From assembly GCA_964549155.1 (NCBI GenBank), contig CAZJUG010000018.1, positions 1-19,922 on the forward strand: DNA of 19,922 nucleotides, written 5' to 3'. Shown here in pieces: positions 6,489-14,484 of this stretch. The position numbers and the translations under genes are program-made. The notes beneath the pieces are model-generated. The model saw only the letters and a program-made list of their open reading frames with translations, searched no databases and was not told where the DNA came from. The stretch comes from Candidatus Woesearchaeota archaeon (GTDB taxonomy: Archaea > Nanobdellota > Nanobdellia > Pacearchaeales > GW2011-AR1). Positions within the stretch are counted from its first letter, which is position 1. Every line of letters begins with the position of its first letter.

Positions 6489-7856
6489 TTAAATTCCTTT
6501 AAAAAACCCTGCGAGAGCAGGATTCATATCAACTGCATGTTGTTGAGCAATATTTTGATATAACTGGTATAAAATCATCACGACTAATAATATTGCAGTC
6601 CCACCAACCAATGCCCCACTTAAATCTGCAACTGAAGCTAATAATCCTATAGCTGCACCACCCATTATCGTTAATGGCCCAACATATCTCTTTAGGATTG
6701 TCTCTAAGACTCTTTCATCTCTTCTAAATCCCGGGATACTCAATCCAGATCCCATGATATTCTTCGCTTGGCTTGCTGCATCCATATTAGCTGTCATTAC
6801 CCAGAAGAAAGAGAATATTACTGAAAATACAACATAGAATAAAACATGAGTTATTCCTTGCCAAAAGTATATTGATAAAAAACTTCCAGTTACTAGCGAT
6901 TGTAACCAAGGAGTATAATGTAACCAAAATGCTAACCCTGAATAAGGAACCCCATTGGTAAATCCACCAAGTATAGTTGCTCTTCCGAAAGAGTTCTGTA
7001 ATAAACTTCCGAATAACTGAATATTTGCAGTAAGGGCAGAAACCAAGATAACTGGAATAACTCCAGCATAAAAGAAAGGCAATGGCCACTTTATCCCATA
7101 ACCTCTTACTCTATCAAATGCTAATGGAATTTCTACCTTCAATGACTGGGCCCAAACAACAATCAAAAACAAAACCGAAGTTACCAAAATTGCAAATAAG
7201 GCTAGTGCAGCCCCTGTAGCATCTCCGTCAATAAAACTCTTGAATAAAACAAGAACTCTCCCACTAAGTTCAATTCCTCCTTGAGGTCCTATAAATTGAA
7301 ATAACTGGGCAAACAATCTCCACCCAATTCCTGCCGCAATGAATAAAGAAACTCCCGAACCAAATCCCCACTTCTGTACAACTTCGTCCATGAAAATTAT
7401 TAAAAATCCTCCAATACAAAGCTGTAAAATTACGATTCCTTCCATCCCAGGCTTAGCCTCAAGACCTCTCATCAAAACATAGATAATTGCCTCAAATATT
7501 ACAAAGAAAAATGCGAGAAGTTTATTCAGTCCAGAATAAAATCTTTTCCCCTCTTCACTTTTCATATCTATCTTGATTATTTGAACACCAGATAAAAGCT
7601 GTAAAATGATTGAAGCCATTACGATGGGACCAATTCCCAAAGAAATTATCGAACCAAAGTCAGTTCCTAGTAGGATTGCTAAATATTCAAATCTAGAAAG
7701 AGCTGACTCTGCAAGACCATAAAGAGATATATTCGCTAATATAAAAAAACCGACCAATATAATTAATGTCCATTTGAGCTTAACATTAAAACCAAGTTTC
7801 TTTTCAACAGGTTTTCTTACCTCGGGCAAATTTTTTAATATGTTCACAAGAGCCAT
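6489..7856 (-). CDS. secY: Preprotein translocase subunit SecY
   Basis: 455-aa protein with a 10-TM-type profile. It has the typical N-terminus (...LPEVRKPVEKKLGFNVKLKWT...) and occupies the conserved position after rpl15. Confidence 0.95.
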   Translation of the reverse strand: MALVNILKNLPEVRKPVEKKLGFNVKLKWTLIILVGFFILANISLYGLAESALSRFEYLAILLGTDFGSIISLGIGPIVMASIILQLLSGVQIIKIDMKSEEGKRFYSGLNKLLAFFFVIFEAIIYVLMRGLEAKPGMEGIVILQLCIGGFLIIFMDEVVQKWGFGSGVSLFIAAGIGWRLFAQLFQFIGPQGGIELSGRVLVLFKSFIDGDATGAALALFAILVTSVLFLIVVWAQSLKVEIPLAFDRVRGYGIKWPLPFFYAGVIPVILVSALTANIQLFGSLLQNSFGRATILGGFTNGVPYSGLAFWLHYTPWLQSLVTGSFLSIYFWQGITHVLFYVVFSVIFSFFWVMTANMDAASQAKNIMGSGLSIPGFRRDERVLETILKRYVGPLTIMGGAAIGLLASVADLSGALVGGTAILLVVMILYQLYQNIAQQHAVDMNPALAGFFKGI

Positions 7857-7877
7857 AATTTACTCAGAAGATTTTGG

Positions 7878-7889
7878 TTTATAAACTAT
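7878..7889 (-). promoter_or_regulatory. TATA-like element for secY (ATAGTTTATAAA), exactly 21 nt upstream of the ATG
   Basis: Located in the 59-nt rpl15-secY gap, the only real gap in the cluster. It shares the register of the other elements. No Shine-Dalgarno sequence precedes the secY ATG. Confidence 0.4.
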
Positions 7890-7915
7890 TTGGTTTTAAT
7901 CAATCTAACTAAGAT

Positions 7916-8341
7916 TTATTTTTCTTTCTTCTCGATTATAATCTTTCCACCAGCTTTCTCCATCTTTTCTATTGCTAGTTTAGAAGCAGCTTTAGCGACT
8001 ATTTCCGCCTTGAAACCATTTCCTCTAGAAAGAATCTTATATCTTCTCAAATCAATCTTTGTTTCTTTGAAGTTTTTCTGTATATCATCTAGATTTAATT
8101 GATAACTTTTCTTTCTTATTGTTGAAGCAGAAGTCATTCCTTGTCTTCCAAAATATGTTTTAAAACCTGCCGCCTTAGCCATCATTAAAGCCTTCTGTTG
8201 TTTCTGACTTGCTCTTTTTCCAGTCCCCGACATTCCGAATCCGCCCTTATTTCCATGACCTTTATGTTGCTGTCTAAATCCATAACCGCAAGTTTTTGCT
8301 CCCCTCAATCTGGATCTTATTTTTCTTTTCTTTAATTTCAT
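7916..8341 (-). CDS. rpl15: 50S ribosomal protein uL15
   Basis: RLRGAKTCGYGFRQQHKGHGNKGGFGMSG is the typical uL15 N-terminus. ATGA overlap with the rpl30 stop. Position between rpl30 and secY. Confidence 0.93.
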   Translation of the reverse strand: MKLKKRKIRSRLRGAKTCGYGFRQQHKGHGNKGGFGMSGTGKRASQKQQKALMMAKAAGFKTYFGRQGMTSASTIRKKSYQLNLDDIQKNFKETKIDLRRYKILSRGNGFKAEIVAKAASKLAIEKMEKAGGKIIIEKKEK

Positions 8342-8721
8342 AACATTCTCTCCATTATTTTAGATATATCTACATGTTTACCAATAATGCCCTTCGGGAC
8401 TTGTAATTTTGTACTCTTCTTAAAACCGCCTCTTGGGGGATGAAGTCTAATCCAAGGTTTTATATTCTCCAAGGTCTTTTTTGATTTTTTAGTCTTGTCT
8501 AACAACTCTCCCCTAGCTTCTATAACCTTGTTCATAAACTCTTCACTAACTTCTCCATACATTATGTAGTCCTTAACAGCATTTACCATTCCCATTCTTA
8601 TAGTATCTTTTTCGTCTATAAAAGCACAATTAAGTTTACTTCTTATCCTCAATCTATCTAATGTTTTCTTTATCTTTTGACTTACATCAACTCTTCCATG
8701 AATTCTTACAATTGCAATCAT
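8338..8721 (-). CDS. rpl30: 50S ribosomal protein uL30
   Basis: MIAIVRIHGRVDVSQKIKKTLDRLRIRSKLNCAF is a uL30 signature. I place the start at ATG 8721-8719, which forms an ATGA overlap with the rps5 stop. The track ORF extends to 8763, but those 14 extra residues (MYCCFRKLKQDGVK) lie inside rps5 and show no homology. Confidence 0.88.
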   Translation of the reverse strand: MIAIVRIHGRVDVSQKIKKTLDRLRIRSKLNCAFIDEKDTIRMGMVNAVKDYIMYGEVSEEFMNKVIEARGELLDKTKKSKKTLENIKPWIRLHPPRGGFKKSTKLQVPKGIIGKHVDISKIMERML

Positions 8722-9518
8722 TTTAACACCATCCTGTTTAAGTTTTCGAAAGCAGCAATACATGCCTTTCCAACATTTAATGTTGTTCTAGACTTTCCAA
8801 AGCTTTTTCCATATACATCTTTTATTCCTGCCAATCTCAGTATTTTCTTGATTTCATCCTCAACAACAAGTCCTGTTCCTTGAGGTGCGGGCATCAACAC
8901 AATTTCATAAGAACCACATTTACCTTTTACCTTTGAAGGAATACTATGAGGTTCCTTACACAAACAATCATAACTTGCACAACCTCTCTTTATATTCATA
9001 ATATTCATCTTTGCCTTTCTTATTGCCTTTTCTTTAGATGGGAATGTTTCGGATGCTCTGCCAAACCCTAGTCCTACATGCCCTTCTTCATCTCCAACAA
9101 CAGCCATAACCGAAAAAGATAACTTATTTCCTTCTTCAGTCTTTTTTTGAGTTTGCTTCCATCCTCTTCTTTTTCCACCACCGAATTTTCCTTTTGCTTG
9201 TCCTATGTTCAAAAGTTCTGTTCTAACATTAACTAGATAATCTACAATTTCATCTTCCATTATCTTTCTTCCAGAATCTAATACTTCATCTATAGATTTT
9301 AGCTTCCCACTCAATACATCTCTCCCTAACTGAGTTTTTGGAACCCATCTTTCTAATCTTTGTTCTTTTTCTACAGTTTCTCTATCCTTTCTTTCTTCTC
9401 TTTCAATAACTTCTTCTTTTATCTTAGCTTCCTCTTCAGATTCTTTCTTTTCAACTATCTCTTCCATTTCTTTTGCAGCCTCCTCGGGGCTTAAGACTGG
9501 TTGTTCTTTATTTTCCAT
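8718..9518 (-). CDS. rps5: 30S ribosomal protein uS5 with a ~55-aa acidic/basic N-terminal extension
   Basis: The core WVPKTQLGRDV...FSVMAVVGDEEGHVGLGFGRA...IVLMPAPQGTGLV is typical uS5. ATG confirmed at 9518. It overlaps the rpl18 3' end by 11 nt. Confidence 0.93.
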   Translation of the reverse strand: MENKEQPVLSPEEAAKEMEEIVEKKESEEEAKIKEEVIEREERKDRETVEKEQRLERWVPKTQLGRDVLSGKLKSIDEVLDSGRKIMEDEIVDYLVNVRTELLNIGQAKGKFGGGKRRGWKQTQKKTEEGNKLSFSVMAVVGDEEGHVGLGFGRASETFPSKEKAIRKAKMNIMNIKRGCASYDCLCKEPHSIPSKVKGKCGSYEIVLMPAPQGTGLVVEDEIKKILRLAGIKDVYGKSFGKSRTTLNVGKACIAAFENLNRMVLK

Positions 9519-10005
9519 TTTTCATTATTTGTTCTTTTACTTTAATCAAATTGTCCTTAACTTCTTTTTTTAAATGCTCTCCTTCTAGTCTTTCTTTAGA
9601 AGGAAATATTTTTTCATTAGCCTTTATTTCAAGACCTCCATCTAAAAGACCTTTTACAACTGCTGAAATTCTTCCTCCATGATGAGTGATTGCCATTCCC
9701 CAATCAATAATAAATTTCCCTTTCTTTATTTTTTTTGCCATAATCAATCCACTGAGGTAGGCTGCAGGAATAGATTTAAGACTTCCAATAAAATTTTCAT
9801 TAAGACCATACTTCAAAATTTCTTTTGAATTCGTAGTCACCAAAATCTTATCTCTTGATTCATCAGTCTCAACTAGTTGGAGGATTATATGCTTATTAGT
9901 TTTTCTTATAACTATCCTCGGCAAACTAGATTTTATCATTTCCATCCTAGACTTGTAATCAGTCTTACATTCTCTTCTCCTTCTCAATATTGTTCTCAAG
10001 CTCAT
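9508..10005 (-). CDS. rpl18: 50S ribosomal protein uL18
   Basis: RRRRECKTDYKSRMEMIKSSLPRIVIRKTNKHIILQLV is the uL18 N-terminal signature. ATGA overlap with rpl19e. Confidence 0.92.
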   Translation of the reverse strand: MSLRTILRRRRECKTDYKSRMEMIKSSLPRIVIRKTNKHIILQLVETDESRDKILVTTNSKEILKYGLNENFIGSLKSIPAAYLSGLIMAKKIKKGKFIIDWGMAITHHGGRISAVVKGLLDGGLEIKANEKIFPSKERLEGEHLKKEVKDNLIKVKEQIMKNGK

Positions 10006-10403
10006 TGTTTTATCTCTCCCTCAACTAAATGACGTTTGCTTTTAAACTTGCTGGCTTTAATTTCCTTCCTAATCTTAGAGTATCTTGCCTTATCAATCTG
10101 ACCTCTTCTTTTCATAACATTTATGTGAGATCTCAACTTTCTAGTTAAGATGACATAATCTTTCTTACTTTTATTTACTCTTTTTTTAACTTTCCCCATA
10201 CCTCTTCTATGTTTTCTCCGAACAACTTTTTTTCTTCCCCTAACTTCTTTAATTGTAATTACTCCACTTTCTAACAAATCTAGAATGTCTTGACGAGTTA
10301 TAGCTTCGGCTATTTGTTTTAAACTTTCAGGATTAAAATGAACTCTGTCCTTCCCTATTCCTAAAACCTTCGCAGCAAGATTTTTCTTATTTTTTAGATC
10401 CAT
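10002..10403 (-). CDS. rpl19e: 50S ribosomal protein eL19
   Basis: MDLKNKKNLAAKVLGIGKDRVHFNPE... followed by a basic tail is typical of eL19. This protein is specific to archaea and eukaryotes. Confidence 0.92.
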   Translation of the reverse strand: MDLKNKKNLAAKVLGIGKDRVHFNPESLKQIAEAITRQDILDLLESGVITIKEVRGRKKVVRRKHRRGMGKVKKRVNKSKKDYVILTRKLRSHINVMKRRGQIDKARYSKIRKEIKASKFKSKRHLVEGEIKQ

Positions 10404-10764
10404 TTTTCTTGTAATATTTATTTAATATCTTAATTCCTTTTTCTTCAGCTTTTTTTATGATTTCTTCTCTCTTCTTTTTTCCCACAGATGCTATGATTAT
10501 TGCCTTATTTTTTTCAACATTTTCAAGTTGGGAAAGATTTTCAATTCTTACAAAATCAAATCCTGCAATCTTGTTTCTTATTTCCTTACTAGATCCCCAT
10601 CCAATAGTTGGCCTTGCAGCATATCCTCTTTCCTTCAATCTAATCTTACTATCTCCTCCCTTTGCATGCCTCCAAACTTGTTTTCTTTTCAGCTTTTTCC
10701 CAACCCTACATAGTCTATACCATCCAGGTCTCAAGAATATTGGTTTCTTTCTTTTTCCTACCAT
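10387..10764 (-). CDS. rpl32e: 50S ribosomal protein eL32
   Basis: FLRPGWYRLCRVGKKLKRKQVWRHAKGGDSKIRLKERGYAARPTIGWG is an eL32 signature. Canonical position between rpl6 and rpl19e. Confidence 0.9.
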   Translation of the reverse strand: MVGKRKKPIFLRPGWYRLCRVGKKLKRKQVWRHAKGGDSKIRLKERGYAARPTIGWGSSKEIRNKIAGFDFVRIENLSQLENVEKNKAIIIASVGKKKREEIIKKAEEKGIKILNKYYKKNGSKK

Positions 10765-10765
10765 T

Positions 10766-11311
10766 TTATAAAGTCTTTCCTCCTTTTTCTATTAAATAAA
10801 TACCATCTTGGAATACTCTTCTGTCCCTGTTCCGTACCTTTGTTGCACTTTCTATATTTGCTGCACTTTGTCCAACTAAATCCTTATCTGAAGATTTCAA
10901 TTCAACCATGTTTCCCTTTACACTTAATTCAACTCCCTCCAGTATCTTTGCGATTCTATCAACTTTTTCTCCCAAAAAGTTTTTTATTATTAATTTTTTA
11001 CCATCTGCTTTTACATTCATAGGAAAATGAACATTACAGATTTCTAGTTTGTATACATATTGTTCTCCGATTCCACTCACTGCATTTCTTATATGTGCTT
11101 CAATCGTTCCTGCTAATGCACTTTCTCTTCTAGTAGGTTTTTTACAACCTATAACAACTTTGTTTCCTTCTTTCTTTATATTTATCTTATTAGAGAATGG
11201 TATTCTCTTCTCTACTTTTTTATCTCCTTTTTTTACTACTACTTTCCCATTTTCTAAATTCACTTCAACTCCTTCAGGTATTTCTACCTCTCGATTAATT
11301 CCTTTCATCAT
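10766..11311 (-). CDS. rpl6: 50S ribosomal protein uL6
   Basis: INREVEIPEGVEVNLENGKVVVKKGDKKVEKRI... and the duplicated uL6 fold pattern. The start is chosen at ATG 11311 (a TAATG junction with the rps8 stop). ATG 11308 and the track start 11335 are alternatives. Confidence 0.88.
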   Translation of the reverse strand: MMKGINREVEIPEGVEVNLENGKVVVKKGDKKVEKRIPFSNKINIKKEGNKVVIGCKKPTRRESALAGTIEAHIRNAVSGIGEQYVYKLEICNVHFPMNVKADGKKLIIKNFLGEKVDRIAKILEGVELSVKGNMVELKSSDKDLVGQSAANIESATKVRNRDRRVFQDGIYLIEKGGKTL

Positions 11312-11691
11312 TAGTAATAGTAGGCCAAAAGGCATCCTCCAATATTTTTTTCATAAACTTCCTTTTGTTTGATTAAACCTTCGTTACTAGATATTATCAA
11401 ATTACCAAAATTTCTGGATGGAAGGAATCTTCGAATATATTTATCTAACTCAGAAACTCCAACACTATATCTTGGTTTTATCGCACGACATTCATTAAGT
11501 TTTATTATTTGAACAATCGCTTCCTTCTTTACATCTCCAACGATTTCAAAATCAATATACCCATCCTTTTTCATCATCTCAAGTAAATTTACTAATACTT
11601 TTGAAATCCTTTTTATTCTAACTTCTCTTTTTTCTAGTCTTTTTACATTCATTATATTATTCAATGCATCTGATATTATATCTTGTGCCAT
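11311..11691 (-). CDS. rps8: 30S ribosomal protein uS8
   Basis: MAQDIISDALNNIMNVKRLEKREVRI...ISSNEGLIKQKEVYEKNIGGCLLAYYY is typical uS8. Confidence 0.93.
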   Translation of the reverse strand: MAQDIISDALNNIMNVKRLEKREVRIKRISKVLVNLLEMMKKDGYIDFEIVGDVKKEAIVQIIKLNECRAIKPRYSVGVSELDKYIRRFLPSRNFGNLIISSNEGLIKQKEVYEKNIGGCLLAYYY

Positions 11692-11692
11692 T

Positions 11693-11923
11693 TTAACTAT
11701 ATTTTTTGAATCCTAGCTGAGGGGCAAGTTCTCTAAAGCATTGTCTACACAGATGTAGTCCGTATTGTCCTACATGTGCTCCTTGTCTTCCACACTGCTC
11801 GCATTTCTTACAAGCTATTCCAAACTTTCTTTCTTTTGGCTTGTTATGCTTTAAGAACTTTTTCAAAATAGCTGGTTTGTTTCTTAGCTGTTTTGTAACT
11901 TTTCTCCAGTCGCTAGCACTCAT
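11693..11923 (-). CDS. rps14: 30S ribosomal protein uS14 (zinc-binding type)
   Basis: The C-terminus [39 protein letters not shown] is the archaeal/eukaryotic uS14 Zn-knuckle. At 76 aa it is somewhat longer at the N-terminus than the ~50-60 aa I recall as typical. Confidence 0.92.
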   Translation of the reverse strand: MSASDWRKVTKQLRNKPAILKKFLKHNKPKERKFGIACKKCEQCGRQGAHVGQYGLHLCRQCFRELAPQLGFKKYS

Positions 11924-12432
11924 TTTTTCCTCCTTAATATTTTAGTTTTGAATTTCTCTTCCATTATTTGCATGATCTCCTCTGCGGAAACATCTTGTCT
12001 TCGAACCTTTCCTCTTTTTACTTTTTTCAAACCGACTCTCTTTCCAGTTCGAGTAAAAACGATAGTGGCTTCAAATCCCATTATTCCAACTTCTCGAATA
12101 TATTCGACTCCAGGCATTTCAATATATTCTTTTATTCCGAAAGAAACAAAATTTTTCTGAAATTGCCTATCCTTTAACACATTTCCAATACCTTCTAACA
12201 ATTTCCTTATCATATCATTCACTTTTTCGCCTCTCAGAGTTACCTTAACTCCTACTTCTAATCCCGGTCTAACTCCCCAGGTAGGAATTCTTTTTTTTGC
12301 CTTAACCTTGCAAGGTTTCTTTCCAGATAATTTTGCAAGCAATATTTCTCCTTTCTTTAGTTTTTCTTCTACTCCTCCAACATTTAAAACTAATCTTTCT
12401 ATCTTTATGGTTCTCATTATATTTTCTTTCAT
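11920..12432 (-). CDS. rpl5: 50S ribosomal protein uL5
   Basis: [27 protein letters not shown]...[14 protein letters not shown] is typical uL5. ATGA overlaps on both sides. Confidence 0.93.
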   Translation of the reverse strand: MKENIMRTIKIERLVLNVGGVEEKLKKGEILLAKLSGKKPCKVKAKKRIPTWGVRPGLEVGVKVTLRGEKVNDMIRKLLEGIGNVLKDRQFQKNFVSFGIKEYIEMPGVEYIREVGIMGFEATIVFTRTGKRVGLKKVKRGKVRRQDVSAEEIMQIMEEKFKTKILRRKK

Positions 12433-13082
12433 TCTATTGCTAAAAGGAATCTCTTACCCAAAAGGACATTCCCTTTTTCCTCCAACTTTAGTTCAAATAC
12501 TATTTTTTCTCCCTCTTTTACCTCATTGATTACTTTTCCCTTCAAACCAATATGTTTTCCACCGATTACCTCTACTGAAGATCCTTTCTTTAAGGGTATA
12601 ATACTACTAATCTTATTTTCCTTCAAATCTAAAACTGCACTATCTCCACAGGAGAATTCCTTATTAAATAAAAAATTGTTTCCATCTTGGAGATTTACTT
12701 GAATCTTATCCTTGGATAAAAGAACTTTCCCCCTAATCTTCACTATCTTTCTGTTGGAATCTTTCTGAGAAATTTCTTTCAGCTCAAGTTTGTTATTTTT
12801 AAGCATTAGAACATAATTCTTCCCTGAATCTTTTAGTTGAAGAACATCTTTTAGTTGTATTGGGAATGCAATATCTTTTCTAGACTTTCCGTTAACAATA
12901 ACTTTTCCTTCCAAACAAATTTTTCTAACTTCTCTTCTAGTCCTTGCAATCTTCAATATGTCTCTCAATGCAAAAACAATTGGAATTCCAGTTTTTGGAT
13001 TATGACTAGCTATCGCTATATACTTTCTTCCTTTTCTTGGCAATGGCCATTCCTTAGGCATTTCACTTATTTTCTTGTGCAT
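12429..13082 (-). CDS. rps4e: 30S ribosomal protein eS4
   Basis: The N-terminus HKKISEMPKEWPLPRKGRKYIA aligns with the eS4 pattern H.KR...P..W.LPRK. S4/KOW-like regions follow. Specific to archaea and eukaryotes. Confidence 0.92.
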   Translation of the reverse strand: MHKKISEMPKEWPLPRKGRKYIAIASHNPKTGIPIVFALRDILKIARTRREVRKICLEGKVIVNGKSRKDIAFPIQLKDVLQLKDSGKNYVLMLKNNKLELKEISQKDSNRKIVKIRGKVLLSKDKIQVNLQDGNNFLFNKEFSCGDSAVLDLKENKISSIIPLKKGSSVEVIGGKHIGLKGKVINEVKEGEKIVFELKLEEKGNVLLGKRFLLAIE

Positions 13083-13464
13083 TTTTTATCTCCTGTTTAA
13101 TTTTAATTCTTTTTTTGTCGTTGTCATCAATCTTGATTATTTTTAAATTAGATGGGTGGAATAAAACTTTTACCTTATTTCCATCTTTCTTAGTGATAGT
13201 CATTCCCTCAATCTGAACTTTCAGTTTTTTCCTATTTACTTCAGATACTTTTCCGACTTTCTTCTTAAACTTTCCCCTCATTACCTTGACTTCATCATTC
13301 TTTCTTACTTCTAAGCTCCTTCTTCCATATTTTTTTCTTAAGATTTTATCTAATGCTGAGCACATTAGTTTTTGTCTTAGATGGAGAGGAATATTATGTA
13401 AATATTTCCTCTGCTTTCTAGGTTGTTTACTTGAGTTCCAGCTGGTAGAGAATTTTTGTTTCAT
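13063..13464 (-). CDS. rpl24: 50S ribosomal protein uL24
   Basis: SKQPRKQRKYLHNIPLHLRQKLMCSALDKILRKKYGRRSLEVRKNDEVKVMRGKFK contains the KOW motif. Start taken at ATG 13464, 1 nt after the rpl14 stop. The track ORF starts at a TTG (13485) inside rpl14. Confidence 0.9.
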   Translation of the reverse strand: MKQKFSTSWNSSKQPRKQRKYLHNIPLHLRQKLMCSALDKILRKKYGRRSLEVRKNDEVKVMRGKFKKKVGKVSEVNRKKLKVQIEGMTITKKDGNKVKVLFHPSNLKIIKIDDNDKKRIKIKQEIKNAQENK

Positions 13465-13465
13465 T

Positions 13466-13867
13466 TTAATAAACTGCTGAAGCAAGCTTGGATACCTCCT
13501 TCCATCTTTCCTGAATTTCTCTCGCTACAGGTCCTTTTACCTGAGTTCCTTTAGGATTTCCTTTATCGTCCTTTAATAACACAACTGCATTATCTGTAAA
13601 ACAAATTCTCTCTCCAGTTAGTCTTCTCCAAGGTTTTTTCTGTCTGACTATCACTGCTTCAAATACCTCTCCTTTCATTTTTGGGTCTCCCTTCCTTACA
13701 GAAACTCTCACAAGATCTGCAATTCTAGCAGGTGTTTGTTTTCCCTTTCTGGTATGGGCTCTAATAACTGATACAATTCTAACTATCCTTGCTCCACTAT
13801 TATCACATGCCTCTAATACACTTCCTATATTAAGTCCTCTAGTTGCTCTTGCTGATATCGCTTTCAT
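13466..13867 (-). CDS. rpl14: 50S ribosomal protein uL14
   Basis: MKAISARATRGLNIGSVLEACDNSGARIVRIVSV is typical uL14. AAGGAG lies 9 nt upstream of the ATG. Confidence 0.95.
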   Translation of the reverse strand: MKAISARATRGLNIGSVLEACDNSGARIVRIVSVIRAHTRKGKQTPARIADLVRVSVRKGDPKMKGEVFEAVIVRQKKPWRRLTGERICFTDNAVVLLKDDKGNPKGTQVKGPVAREIQERWKEVSKLASAVY

Positions 13868-14186
13868 TTTTTAAACTCCTTATTTTTTTAGTTACAATAA
13901 AATGTACTGATTTGCTTAAAGGTCTACATTCTTCTATCATTATGTAATCCCCAACATTTAGCTTTCCTTGCATTTCTAATGGAATTCTTGCTTGAAGCTT
14001 TGTTCTTCTTTTTTCATATCTCTCATATTTTCTTAAATACAAAAGTCTTTCAAATCGAATTACAACTCGATCACTGAATACCCTAATTACTTCTCCTTCA
14101 AAAGATCTCCCCCGAGGTAGAACACTCCTTTTCTTAGTTCTTTCTCTAACATTCTTTTCAGCTTTTTTTGTTTGTTTATTTTTCAT
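13839..14186 (-). CDS. rps17: 30S ribosomal protein uS17
   Basis: RGRSFEGEVIRVFSDRVVIRFERLLYLRKYERYEKRRTKLQARIP...GDYIMIEECRPLSKSVHF is typical uS17. Its 3' end overlaps rpl14 by 29 nt. Confidence 0.92.
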   Translation of the reverse strand: MKNKQTKKAEKNVRERTKKRSVLPRGRSFEGEVIRVFSDRVVIRFERLLYLRKYERYEKRRTKLQARIPLEMQGKLNVGDYIMIEECRPLSKSVHFIVTKKIRSLKNESDISKSN

Positions 14187-14187
14187 T

Positions 14188-14484
14188 TTAGTCTCTTATT
14201 TGATTTTCATCAAAACCTTCCCCCAAGAGGGCTTTTTTAACCTTGCCCCTATGATCTCCTTGGAGTTCGATTTCGTTGTTTTTTATTGTGCCCCCACAAG
14301 CTAATTTTGCTTTCAGTTTTTTCCCCATTTCCTTAATGTCCACACCATCCAATCCCGCAACAATTGTTATTATCTTCCCAAACCTTCTTTTTTCGGTTCG
14401 GATGACAATATCTTGTTGTTTTTTGGCTATTTCCTGACAGACACAGGCCTCTGAAGGCAAACCGCAATTAGGGCATATAGTCAT
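14188..14484 (-). CDS. sui1: Translation initiation factor aIF1 (SUI1 family)
   Basis: N-terminal zinc knuckle CPNCGLPSEACVC followed by the SUI1 fold (IVIRTEKRRFGKIITIVAGLD...LKAKLACGGTIKNNEIELQGDHR). Canonical position in the archaeal cluster. Confidence 0.92.
   Translation of the reverse strand: MTICPNCGLPSEACVCQEIAKKQQDIVIRTEKRRFGKIITIVAGLDGVDIKEMGKKLKAKLACGGTIKNNEIELQGDHRGKVKKALLGEGFDENQIRD

Noticed and set aside
6787-7089. Nested minus-strand ORFs inside secY (6787-7089) and rpl4 (17608-17823)
   Set aside because: They are alternative frames of strongly supported genes and have no independent support.
8722-8763. Upstream extensions of track ORFs: rpl30 to 8763, rpl24 to 13485 (TTG), rpl6 to 11335, SpoIIM-like to 5140 (TTG)
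   Set aside because: The extra residues lie inside the preceding gene or lack family homology. Downstream ATGs give canonical N-termini with ATGA/TAATG or 1-nt junctions, or, for the SpoIIM-like gene, the 21-nt TATA spacing.
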